This document shows positions 18,244 to 28,287 of a stretch of DNA of 64,000 nt, one piece after another. Position 1 is the stretch's first letter. The number at the start of each line of letters is the position of its first letter. A program made the position numbers and the translations under genes. Source of the stretch: a virus (taxonomy: Duplodnaviria; Caudoviricetes); the IMG/VR virus record IMGVR_UViG_3300029305_005547, positions 128,001-192,000 of that record; one strand, given 5' to 3'. The notes below the pieces were generated by a model. That model worked only from the letters and a program-made list of their open reading frames with translations, searched no databases and had not been told where the DNA came from.

Positions 18244-18924
18244 TTATGCATCTTCCTTCACTAACTTTGTCATTCCGTATGGTAAACCTAAGCGTCTATT
18301 AACTTCCATTAATCTACATTTTTCCCATAACTCTTCATAACCTTTTCTACCAAAATTTCTAATATTGAATTTTTGGTAATTCTTAATTTCATCAGGTGAA
18401 GGAAATAAATAACCTCCCCTATTTTTCCAGTTTAATTTAAAACCTAAATTGTATGCAAGAGACTGAATACTAGCTATGCCAGATCTAGCAAGAGCATTTG
18501 ATAATCTAGTTGTAAGATTTCTACAAGCTAAATTTTCCGTGTAATATGATTTAAATTCATCCTCAGTCATATCAGATATCTTTTTAATATCTGGATTAAA
18601 TTGATCCGATTTTAAATACATATAGTCATATAAAAGTTCTAATCCTTGGTCTACTCTTTTCTTAACAAGATAAACTGATATATCTAAAAATCTTGCAATA
18701 TTATCATATGTTTCATTAAACTTGAATCTTTTAAGAATCGCTAACATACATTGCTTTTCGTAGTTATTATCTCTCCTAAAGAAATCCGCAATAGTAGAAT
18801 CTACTTTTTCTTCCCATTCATCTACATTCTCTTTTTTATCCATATAATTAGCTGGACCTATTTGAGGAGTTCTAAAGAAAGTCTTGTTGTATAATTCTTC
18901 ATATAAGTTTTGTGGATAATTCAT
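18244..18924 (-). CDS. Sigma-region-4-like HTH plus RNAP alpha-CTD-like protein
   Basis: TYDNIARFLDIS HTH; LTTRLSNALARSGI and IRNFGRKGYEEL match the alpha-CTD signature. Confidence 0.7.
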   Translation of the reverse strand: MNYPQNLYEELYNKTFFRTPQIGPANYMDKKENVDEWEEKVDSTIADFFRRDNNYEKQCMLAILKRFKFNETYDNIARFLDISVYLVKKRVDQGLELLYDYMYLKSDQFNPDIKKISDMTEDEFKSYYTENLACRNLTTRLSNALARSGIASIQSLAYNLGFKLNWKNRGGYLFPSPDEIKNYQKFNIRNFGRKGYEELWEKCRLMEVNRRLGLPYGMTKLVKEDA

Positions 18925-19015
18925 TTATAGTCCCTCCATATCCTAATATTACTAAAATAATATATGGATAAAAATATAGAGTGGTGTTTGTAAACACCAC
19001 TCTATATTAAGAATA

Positions 19016-19663
19016 TTATTCGACGATACCAAGAAGAATATCTCTTTCTGCCTCGGTAATTTCACCTGCATGACAAGACTCATAAATGTTGAGTTTAATG
19101 TCTTCAACAGATTCTTTTACATTATCAGTATCATTAAGACCTTTCTTTACTTTCTTGAGATAAGACTCCATTGAATCCATTACTGAATTTAATTTAGCTC
19201 TACGAATGTTAAGCATTTCAATAGAGAATTCTCCTTTATTAACTTTTTTATATTGACGTACAATTCCAGCTATTTCCTGAATAAGGATCTTGATAGAATC
19301 AATTGTTCCACCAATACCTGCAAGAGGTAATGAAACAACTGTTGCTAAAAAGATTTCACAGAAATCCATGACTTCAGCAATAAAAAAGCCAGCAATAACA
19401 CTGCCAACAGTTTCTGGAGTGTCGTCAATTTCTTTTCTTGTTTTCTTCATAAGTTCAAGATATTCATCTATGGTTTTCTCAATCTTGTCAGTTTCACCGG
19501 ATTTCTTAGATTCTTTAATTTTTTTATTCAGTGCTTTATATTCTTTTCTTAAAGCTTTATATTTATATCTAATTTCGAGATTAGCACCTTCTGTGAACAG
19601 TTCATCAAATCTTGTTTCGTTATAGTCTACAACAGACTCAAGCAATTCATCAAAATTTGCCAT
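19016..19663 (-). CDS. Putative internal head protein
   Basis: FTEGA motif; C-terminal IKLNIYESCHAGEITEAERDILL shared with 13786-14928. Confidence 0.6.
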   Translation of the reverse strand: MANFDELLESVVDYNETRFDELFTEGANLEIRYKYKALRKEYKALNKKIKESKKSGETDKIEKTIDEYLELMKKTRKEIDDTPETVGSVIAGFFIAEVMDFCEIFLATVVSLPLAGIGGTIDSIKILIQEIAGIVRQYKKVNKGEFSIEMLNIRRAKLNSVMDSMESYLKKVKKGLNDTDNVKESVEDIKLNIYESCHAGEITEAERDILLGIVE

Positions 19664-19798
19664 GGTTATAACCCTTTCTTTATTTTATATTTTAAAATGC
19701 ATTTCAAAACATATGTATTTATAATAATGTGGTTTTTAAATAAATTAAAAAAAGAACTAAGTACGAGGGGTGACATAATATCACCCCTCCTTATCTTT

Positions 19799-19999
19799 TT
19801 ACATTAGCCCATTACATGAGAGAATGGAAATGATACCAATATGTTCATTGTCCTTGCACTCGTGAGTTTCAGCAATTAACATTGCTTTGTACATCTCTGA
19901 TTCATCAGTAGACATATCGTGTACATTACCTCCGAGTTGATCATATTTTACTTTTCTAAGTCCACTCTCCACAAATTCATCATATGTAACCATTTCCAT
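19799..19999 (-). CDS. Small hypothetical protein
   Basis: AAGGAGG RBS. Confidence 0.6.
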   Translation of the reverse strand: MEMVTYDEFVESGLRKVKYDQLGGNVHDMSTDESEMYKAMLIAETHECKDNEHIGIISILSCNGLM

Positions 20000-20020
20000 A
20001 CCTCCTTATTTTATTTAGTT

Positions 20021-20221
20021 TTACATATGTTTATATGTATATTTTTCTCCTAAGACATAGTACAACGCATCTAATTGAGACTCAATATTATATGAGTTCA
20101 TCAGAATACGTTTGTCGTAAGGATACGTAGCAGTTTTATATAACTCTTCATTTTCTTTTAATTTAGTTTCTAATTCTTCAATTCTATTCCGTATTTCAGA
20201 TTCATTTAAAACTTTACCCAT
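20021..20221 (-). CDS. Small hypothetical protein
   Basis: GAGGA RBS, early motif at ~20258. Confidence 0.65.
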   Translation of the reverse strand: MGKVLNESEIRNRIEELETKLKENEELYKTATYPYDKRILMNSYNIESQLDALYYVLGEKYTYKHM

Positions 20222-20343
20222 CTTTTTATCCTCACTTTATCATGTTATTCTATACAATAATATACGTTTGATTTTTCTTAGTTTTCTGGTATTTTTTACC
20301 CAGAAAACATTTTCGTAATGACAAAGAAAGTAGGTGACAGATA

Positions 20344-23300
20344 ATGATTTACCCTATTGATGTCCCTGAATTAACCCTATTTACAAGAAGAGTTTATCTT
20401 CCTAAGGGTGAAAAAATTGGACGAGGGAACTTAGTATATCTTTATACTGAGTCTATTCCAGAATCAATTTCTGAAATAAATAATGGGTCGAACTATACTC
20501 CTATAGGTAATTATTCCCATTATTTCTACAATACAACCTACTCTGGTAGATTAAAGAACCGTAAGTTCTATATCAGAGATAAGGAAAAGAAAAATATATA
20601 CGAAAAAGTTAAAACAGATACAGGTCTTACACCTGTACCTACGATTACACTTTCAGGATTTGATCGTAATACATACTTTGAGTTGTCAAAGTATTTACAG
20701 ATATATCATGAAATAACTGATAATTTTGATCCGTTTACAAGAGTTAATTTGTTTTGGAGTTATATGGATCAAATTATCAATGATCCAAATACTGCTGGAT
20801 ATGAAAATAAATATATCATAATCAATGCAGAAAAATATGCAGATGCGTTTTCGGGTAAGCTTAAAGAAAAATTGAACAACCCGATTTTTATGATCTATTT
20901 TACGTTATATAAAGATCATACAATCTGCTCTAAGTTCGATCATGATATTTATATTTTCTATAAAAATAGTTCTATCAAGATTAATCCGGCACATGCTGAA
21001 AAGGGTAAGACTGCCATGAAACTTAGAATGCTTCTTGCAAAGCTTATCCCTAATAGAGCAAAAAAGATTGAAGAAGCTCTTGATGATGAACTCATTAAGA
21101 AAGAAGAAACTGCTGAAAATGTACGAGTTAGTCTATCTAATGAATTTAATTTTGTAGGAGATGTAGAGAGTACAGTTACGGATAAAGATGTAGCTTCTGT
21201 TATGGTGAAACCTACAGAAAAGAAACCTACAGATATTGAAAAGAAGTTAGAAGACAAAGCAGACAATGCTGCTTCAAAAACTACAGACGAAGAGTCTGCT
21301 AAGAAATTAGCTGAAAAAGAGATTGAAAGTGATAGAAAACTTTTAGAAGATCTTTATAATAAAGCTATTGCAGATAATAAACCTGTTTCGTCAGCAAGTT
21401 CAGCAAGAGATAAACAGATTAGAGAAGAACAAGGAAAGATCATTGTAGGTGATATGACGATTGACAAGCTCAGATCTGTTCAAAGTACTCATATGCCTAT
21501 ACCATCATCAGATGTATCTAAGGTTATGAGAACTACAAATAATAACGTTAAGACTATTAAGTTTGCAAACTTTGATAGAACTTATAATGAGAAGGTTATG
21601 CCAAAAGATTTGGTTAATGCATTTGCTTCTCTTAATGAAAAGTCTATTCCTATGACTATCATTAAATATGATATCAAAGACACATCTGATGAACTTAATT
21701 ACAAGGATACTCATACTGTGGTTCTTGAAGATGTTAACAGACGTAGACATACTATTACAGTTGATATTCCTAAGTTTATTGATGATAAGTTCATGTATAT
21801 TGGTGGAGCTAAGAAGTTAATACTTAATCAGAACTTCTTATATCCTGTTGTTAAATCTGGTCCAGATAAGGTACAGATTGTAACTAATTACAACAAGATG
21901 TTCATTGAACGTTTTGGGTCTAAGTCAATTACATCACTTGAAAGACTTAAGAAATTAATATCTTCTGAAACTGATCTTGAAGAATTCTTTGAAGTTGGTT
22001 ATGCCTTTAAGTTGAACGGTGATTATATCACCACAGTTGAATACGATGAACTTAGTAAGCAGTTCATAAGGTTCAAATCTGATACTTGTGAAATAATGTT
22101 TAGTCAGCAAGAAATTGCCGATGTTATTAATAAACAAGGTATTCAGGTGGGTGAAAATGAGATTTGTATTGGTTTTGAAAACAAGAAACCTATACTTATT
22201 GATAATGAAACGCAAAGAACGATTGATAATCGTTCTATAGCAGAGGTTATTTTAGATAACCTTCCGGAAGAGTTTAGAGATAAATATGAAAGTATTAAAA
22301 CCCCTAAACGTCTTATGTATTCAGCAGCAACAACCATGTCTCAAAAAGTGTCTCTTGGATTACTTATGGGATTCTGGGAAGGAATGGGAAGTGTTTTAAA
22401 AGCGCTTAATCTTGATTATAGACTGGAAGAAAAAGTTCCTAAGACTTTGAAAGTTGGTGAATCTTTTATTCAGTTTAAGGATTGTGTTCTTGTGTATACT
22501 GAAAACGTTGCACAGTCTCTTGTAATGAATGGTTTCAGATTAATTGAAACTAAAGAATATGAAATTGCTGAAATGGAGACAAAAGAACCTTATATGAATT
22601 ATTTCGTTAAAGTATATGGTAAGAGAAATATCTCTAATGCTTTGATGAATACGTATGAGTTTACTATTGATCCTATTACAAAAGAAATACTTGCAGATTT
22701 AAATCTGCCTACTCAGTTCGTTCCACTTTGTATTTATGCAAATTCACTTCTTGCTGATTCTCAGTATACACCTGATTATAATCAGCATTTATGTCGTATA
22801 AGAAGAACTGAAATTATTCCTGCAATTCTTTATGATTCTATTGCTAAGCAGTATGTAATTTATAAGAATTCTAATGGAAGAAAGAAACTTACTATTGCTA
22901 GGGATGATGTTATTAAGAAATTATTAGCTCTTCCTACAGTAGAAGAATATTCTACACTTAATCCATTACTTGAAATGGAAAGAACTCATACAACCATGTA
23001 TAAAGGTTGGAGAGGTATTAATGAAGATAGAACTTATACTCAGGATAAACGTGTATATGATAAATCAATGGTAGGTATAATTGGTCTTTCAACGTCACCT
23101 GATGGTTCGGTTGGTGTTCAGAAAACTCTTACACTTGAACCAAATATCGTATCAGCTAGAGGATACGTGAAAGTTACTGATAATGAAAAAGAACTTAAGG
23201 ATGTTAACCTTTTCTCTCCTGCCGAGATTTTATGTCCGTTAGGACCTACACGTGATGACCCCACAAGAACTGGTCATGGAATAAAGCAGAGCAAGCACGT

Positions 23301-25182
23301 TATACCTGTAAAACATTCATCTCCTGTACTCATTTCAAACGGTGCGGAAGAAGCTATTAGATTTGATTTATCAACAGACTTCGTTATCAATGCAAAACAG
23401 GATGGTGAAGTTGTTGAAGTAAATGAAGATCTTGGTATTATCATTTGTAGATATAAAGATGGTACTTGCCAAGCTATTAATACAAAATCTCAGATTGAGA
23501 AAAATGGTGGCGGTGGTTTTTACATTGCTAATACACTTATTACGAATCTCAAACTTGGAGATAAATTTAAAAAGAATGACTTACTTGCATGGCATAAAGA
23601 CTTCTTTAAGTCTAATATGTATACAGGTAGTAGATTTAATATGGGAACTATGGCTAAAATTGCTATTATGTCCACATATAACACATACCAAGATTCTACA
23701 GTAATTACTGATAAGTTATCTCATGAGATGGCTACTGAAATGGTATTTAATAAACAGGTTGTTATTGGTAAAAATGCAACTGTCGATTATATTGCTAAAG
23801 TAGGTGATAAGGTAGATGTAGGATCTTCCTTAGTTCAGTTTGATACTTCATATGAAGATGATGAACTTAATAAACTTCTTTCCACATTAAGTGGTGCTTT
23901 AAAAGAAGGAGTAATTGAAAATAGTAGAAATAACATCCAGTCTAAGATTGCAGGAGTAATTGAAGATATTAAGATGTATTCTACAGTTGATCTTAGTGAT
24001 CTTAGTCCCTCTCTTCAGAAAATTTTTGGTAAGTATTACCATAAGATTAATGAAAAGAAGAAACTTCTTACTAAGTATGATGATAACGATTCAATCGTTA
24101 AATGTGGTTTACTTTTCAATGAAACGACTGGTAAAGTTGCACCTAATAAATATGGTGTGTTGAAAGGTCAAAAAATTGAAGATGGTGTATTGATTGAGTT
24201 TTATATTAAACATGAAGAATATCTTGAGATAGGCTCAAAAGTTGCGTATTTTACTGGGTTGAAGGCTACAATCGGCGAAGTTATTCCTCCTGGATATGAA
24301 CCATATTCTGACTTTAGAAAAGATGAAGAAGTGAGTACTTTTATTGCAGCAAACTCTGTACTTAAACGTATGACACCTTCGATCTTACTTACATCTCTTG
24401 GTAATAAATGCTTGGTAGAACTTAAGAGAAAACTCCAAGAAATTTTTACAAGTAAACCTGATGATGAAACGTGTAAAGAAGAAATGACAAATATTATTTA
24501 TCGCTTCTTTACAGCATTCGACAAAACAAAGACAAATACCAATAAGTATAAAGATATGTTTGATCCAATGAGTCCGTCTGCATTTAGACGCTGGTTTAAA
24601 GGATTTTTCATGGACGAAGATGCTTATTTAATTTTAGATATCGTTGATTATGAGAGGACTATTTCTATGGACGACATTGAAAGAGCTGCAAAAGTTATTA
24701 ATGTCCCATTATTCGAATATGTGTATTTACCTCATATCACGATGGATAAAGGAAAAACTGTAAGAACAAGAACTCCTGTTCCAGTTGGATATATTCATAT
24801 CAAACGAACCCAGCAAACAGTAGCAAAAAAGAATGGTATTTCAACTTCTAGTGATATTCGTTCACCTTTAACTGGTCAGGTTACTGGTGCTGATAAGAAT
24901 GGTCGAGAATCCGATCTTGAAAATATCATGTTGGTTTCTCTTGGTATGACGGAGTGTTTACGTGAACTTAATGGACCTAGAGCTGATGATATGGTTGCTA
25001 AACGTGAAATGCTATCAGATATCTCTAAACAAGGTTACGTTAAATTGAATGATTTGACATATGATGTCAATAATAAAACAACCCTTAATACAGTAGATGC
25101 CTACTTTATTGGTATGGGAATTAAGACTGATTTGGTTACTAAAGGTAATATGCTTAAGTCTACTCTTAAGAAAGAGTTATAA
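20344..25182 (+). CDS. Virion-type multisubunit RNA polymerase beta subunit (phiKZ gp178+gp149-like)
   Basis: FMYIGG.KK, TSPDGSVG, DDPTR...KQSKH, IGSKVA..GLKATI, VGYIHIKR and GQVTG..KNGRESDLE motifs; late promoter at 20306. Confidence 0.85.
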   Translation: MIYPIDVPELTLFTRRVYLPKGEKIGRGNLVYLYTESIPESISEINNGSNYTPIGNYSHYFYNTTYSGRLKNRKFYIRDKEKKNIYEKVKTDTGLTPVPTITLSGFDRNTYFELSKYLQIYHEITDNFDPFTRVNLFWSYMDQIINDPNTAGYENKYIIINAEKYADAFSGKLKEKLNNPIFMIYFTLYKDHTICSKFDHDIYIFYKNSSIKINPAHAEKGKTAMKLRMLLAKLIPNRAKKIEEALDDELIKKEETAENVRVSLSNEFNFVGDVESTVTDKDVASVMVKPTEKKPTDIEKKLEDKADNAASKTTDEESAKKLAEKEIESDRKLLEDLYNKAIADNKPVSSASSARDKQIREEQGKIIVGDMTIDKLRSVQSTHMPIPSSDVSKVMRTTNNNVKTIKFANFDRTYNEKVMPKDLVNAFASLNEKSIPMTIIKYDIKDTSDELNYKDTHTVVLEDVNRRRHTITVDIPKFIDDKFMYIGGAKKLILNQNFLYPVVKSGPDKVQIVTNYNKMFIERFGSKSITSLERLKKLISSETDLEEFFEVGYAFKLNGDYITTVEYDELSKQFIRFKSDTCEIMFSQQEIADVINKQGIQVGENEICIGFENKKPILIDNETQRTIDNRSIAEVILDNLPEEFRDKYESIKTPKRLMYSAATTMSQKVSLGLLMGFWEGMGSVLKALNLDYRLEEKVPKTLKVGESFIQFKDCVLVYTENVAQSLVMNGFRLIETKEYEIAEMETKEPYMNYFVKVYGKRNISNALMNTYEFTIDPITKEILADLNLPTQFVPLCIYANSLLADSQYTPDYNQHLCRIRRTEIIPAILYDSIAKQYVIYKNSNGRKKLTIARDDVIKKLLALPTVEEYSTLNPLLEMERTHTTMYKGWRGINEDRTYTQDKRVYDKSMVGIIGLSTSPDGSVGVQKTLTLEPNIVSARGYVKVTDNEKELKDVNLFSPAEILCPLGPTRDDPTRTGHGIKQSKHVIPVKHSSPVLISNGAEEAIRFDLSTDFVINAKQDGEVVEVNEDLGIIICRYKDGTCQAINTKSQIEKNGGGGFYIANTLITNLKLGDKFKKNDLLAWHKDFFKSNMYTGSRFNMGTMAKIAIMSTYNTYQDSTVITDKLSHEMATEMVFNKQVVIGKNATVDYIAKVGDKVDVGSSLVQFDTSYEDDELNKLLSTLSGALKEGVIENSRNNIQSKIAGVIEDIKMYSTVDLSDLSPSLQKIFGKYYHKINEKKKLLTKYDDNDSIVKCGLLFNETTGKVAPNKYGVLKGQKIEDGVLIEFYIKHEEYLEIGSKVAYFTGLKATIGEVIPPGYEPYSDFRKDEEVSTFIAANSVLKRMTPSILLTSLGNKCLVELKRKLQEIFTSKPDDETCKEEMTNIIYRFFTAFDKTKTNTNKYKDMFDPMSPSAFRRWFKGFFMDEDAYLILDIVDYERTISMDDIERAAKVINVPLFEYVYLPHITMDKGKTVRTRTPVPVGYIHIKRTQQTVAKKNGISTSSDIRSPLTGQVTGADKNGRESDLENIMLVSLGMTECLRELNGPRADDMVAKREMLSDISKQGYVKLNDLTYDVNNKTTLNTVDAYFIGMGIKTDLVTKGNMLKSTLKKEL

Positions 25183-25222
25183 AAAAGAACGACAGTTGGT
25201 AAATTCCAACTGTCGTTTTCTT

Positions 25223-25606
25223 TTATTTTTTAAGCTCTACATATTCCTCAAGCTCACGTCTTGTCGTCATTCCTGTCTCATATTTGTAACAAAATTCTAT
25301 CATTTGTTTCTTTATAACATCAGAATGACCAAGAGCCAATGAACAACAATTTTTACAGTAGTTTACTCTAAACTGTTTGCTACCTGCAAACTCACTTACT
25401 TCGATATAACCAAGTCGAATAGCCTTTTCAATAAGTTCTTCAAATTCATCAGGTACACTAACAGTAGTACGGGTATTTATAGAATTAGTTTCACACTCTA
25501 CAAACCAGATATTACCACTATTTGCAAGACTATAAATAATCTTACCATCAGAAATGAAACCATTCAATTCTTCAATACTACTAAACTTCTTAATCTCTTT
25601 ACTCAT
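25223..25606 (-). CDS. Hypothetical protein
   Basis: GGAGG RBS inside the conserved leader. Confidence 0.75.
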   Translation of the reverse strand: MSKEIKKFSSIEELNGFISDGKIIYSLANSGNIWFVECETNSINTRTTVSVPDEFEELIEKAIRLGYIEVSEFAGSKQFRVNYCKNCCSLALGHSDVIKKQMIEFCYKYETGMTTRRELEEYVELKK

Positions 25607-25610
25607 AAGT

Positions 25611-25707
25611 ACCTCCGGCTCTTGGATATTTTATCCTCCACCATATTTAATTTTATATTTAGTTATATTTGCCTATAGATCATTACGTTTCATGCTATAG
25701 CGCTATG
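25611..25707 (-). promoter_or_regulatory. Conserved structured 5' leader, copy A
   Basis: Blocks CATAGCGCTATAGCA / TGATCTATAGGCA / AACTAAATA / ATGGTGGAGG / CCAAGAGCCGGAGG, shared with 38946-39066. Confidence 0.75.
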
Positions 25708-25791
25708 TAATTTATTTTTTATTCACAAAAATATTATATGTTTGAAAATGCTGACTTTACGGTTCATAGAAAAGTAGTTTGAAGTGCTGTT

Positions 25792-25871
25792 ACGGAATTT
25801 AGTTAAGTAAGTTTTCTGTAAGTCTCGATATCTCTCGAGACTTACAGATTCTTTATTTAGCTAAATAGTAA
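25792..25871 (+). repeat. 80-bp cassette element, copy 3
   Basis: Few substitutions versus copy 1; stem TCTGTAAGTCTCGA/TCGAGACTTACAGA is perfect. Confidence 0.97.
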
Positions 25872-26460
25872 GAATTACCCTCCTACATGGACGTTTGGAT
25901 CTAATGGAAATGTTAATGATTTAGCATATACAATGCATACACAATTTAGTTCAGTGAAATCAGGATTTTGTTATTTAGGTGATAGTAATTCTATGTATGT
26001 CGGTATTTCTCGAACATCAGGTGATGTAGGATCTATTTTATTTGCAGATATAGCAAATACCGGAAAAGTATATTTATGGAATAGATCGACTATTCATGAA
26101 AATGGATATATACTAAAAACACTAGCATTTCAAGAATCATTTGATCCTGTTGTAGATAGTTTTACATCGTCATATATTCAAGTTACTGTATCAAAAAGCG
26201 GTAAAATAAAAAATATATTTTTTAATTCTACCCCAAGTGCTGATTTAATAGCAAAAACATCCTATCATCTTACAACCATTACTAATAGTAATTATTTACC
26301 TTCACGTGAATTTAAAAAAGAAATATGTATTTCAACTACATCTGACGGAAAAATATATACAGCTAATTTAACCATTACAACTGGCGGAGCAGTATATCTA
26401 TATCCTCGTCAAACAATTTCAGTCAGTATCCCATTATATGTAAATGAGTTTTTCATTTAA
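25861..26460 (+). other. Silent tail-fibre C-terminal cassette 3 (199 aa, LNSKNYPPTW...)
   Basis: Open from CTA 25861 after TAG; ATG 25933 is internal; C-terminal YLPS...ITTGGAVY resembles fibre-tip domains. Confidence 0.8.
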
Positions 26461-26532
26461 TACATAAAGAATTATATTATCAAAAAATAATAAAAAAGTC
26501 AGGTATGAGATTTCTCTCATACCTGATTAAAT

Positions 26533-27085
26533 TTATTCTAACGGAACTTCTACATCCATAAGTTCACCAATATTAGCAGTAATCTCTTCGTTAGATTTTA
26601 CTTCTCTTCTAATATTAGTTCCCTCTACACAGTTCAAATAGAAATCTTTGGTTCCATCATAACTACCAATGAAATATTGACGTGCTTCAATTTCTTCATC
26701 GATCATTTCATTAAGTTCGTCAATGTTTAAAGCACCAAATTCTTCAAGAAGTTCATCTGCAATTTCCTGACGTCTGTCAATAATGAATTTATCATATTCA
26801 CTACAGAATAAACTCTTTCCATTAGTAAGTTCGAACCACTCCATATCTGTAGTATTAAGTTCTTTAAGATCATCATCACCATCTAAGAACTCAATTGAAA
26901 ATCCTAATGATTTTAGGATAATTTCAAAGAACTCTGCAACACGTGAATCATATGATTTACTTACTGTAATTACAGGTTCATTATCAAGTAAAGCTTTACC
27001 TAAATCTCTTCTTGCTTTAACAGAAGTTCTATATAAAGCATGAATAAGTGCTACTTCTTCCGGCATCATCGCAACGGTGAAATTA
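26533..27085 (-). CDS. Non-virion RNAP beta subunit (C-terminal half), exon 2
   Basis: Joins exon 1 to give RFGEFET-L-NFTVAMMPEE; spliced product 780 aa. Confidence 0.85.
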
Positions 27086-28287
27086 CATGTGTGTTAACTT
27101 TATATCACTATAAAGATCAGACTATATCTTCAACCAATAATCTATTACCAATTATTGGTTGCCTCCCATTTCGGAATTACTTCCTACTCTACTCAGTTAC
27201 TCACTTAAGTCTTTCTCTTAAGTTACCCTTTCGATAGTCGTTGAACGTTCTTATGTTTATAACGATTAATAAAATGACGAATTCGATCAGAATTTATATT
27301 GTATTTAGAATGAATTATATTGATAATATCTTTCGTAGATTTATTATTTCTAATATAACCAAATACTTCATTCTGTACATCAATATCAATATCTGGTAAT
27401 TTCTTATCACTCGATGTGTATTTATCAACATCATAAAACTCATATAGATATTTAAATTTATCGTATCTATGAATGAGAATATTATAGATAGTAGACGTCT
27501 TCACATTAGTAATATCCATGATTTCATATACAGATAATTTGTTTTCTGATAGTAGTTTAAAGACATTTTCTATTTGTTCTTCAGAATATTCTGATTTCGT
27601 TTGTTTACAATTTTCAACATCATAAAATATTGATATATTAATCCATGATAATCGATTTTTAATCATATATAACATAGCACCATCTATACCAGTCATCAAT
27701 TCAATTTCTTTTATTGTAAACATACCACTTTCCATAAGTTCACACGATTCAATCACTTGATCTTTAGAATATTTAGCGAAGTGTGAATTATCGCCATATC
27801 TATATGTGTTCAATCCTGTTTCGAATGCATGAATATTATTTTCTGAATATGTAAGCCATTCTAAGTTATCGACATAGTTATTATGTTTATCTCCGTCTTT
27901 ATGATTAACAACTGGCAATTGATCATCATTTGGAATAAACGCAATTGCAACCAACCTATGAATAGATTTATATACAGATTTTCCATTTTTCAAGTAAATA
28001 CATACTCGAAGGTATCCGTTGTTTGTTGGAAGTGGTTTTAAAATCATATTATTTTTAGTACTATAAATTCGTCCTAGATTAGACACTAGGTATTTTGTTT
28101 CTTCGTCATTAATTATAATAGGTTTCCATATTTCATCAATATCGTTATACATATATCAATCTCCTTTATTTATATATCAAGAGAATAATATATCATCATA
28201 AGTTTCGCTGCTGATTGTCTCTCACGAGAGTTCCCAGCAATTAAAGAGGTTTTCAGTACATATTACTACGCACTGCGCCTAATTTTA
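27086..28287 (-). mobile_element. Group I intron in RNAP beta carrying an HNH homing endonuclease
   Basis: P/Q/R/S elements AATTGCTGGGAA, AATCAGCAGC, GTTCAACGACTA, GAAGATATAGTCT; P1 CGCU/GGCG; terminal G at 27086. Confidence 0.9.
27223..28152 (-). CDS. NUMOD4-HNH homing endonuclease
   Basis: EIWKPI..YLVSNLGRI, HRLVAIAFIPN, VNHKDGDKHNNYVDNLEW; own early motif at 28185-28194. Confidence 0.92.
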   Translation of the reverse strand: MYNDIDEIWKPIIINDEETKYLVSNLGRIYSTKNNMILKPLPTNNGYLRVCIYLKNGKSVYKSIHRLVAIAFIPNDDQLPVVNHKDGDKHNNYVDNLEWLTYSENNIHAFETGLNTYRYGDNSHFAKYSKDQVIESCELMESGMFTIKEIELMTGIDGAMLYMIKNRLSWINISIFYDVENCKQTKSEYSEEQIENVFKLLSENKLSVYEIMDITNVKTSTIYNILIHRYDKFKYLYEFYDVDKYTSSDKKLPDIDIDVQNEVFGYIRNNKSTKDIINIIHSKYNINSDRIRHFINRYKHKNVQRLSKG

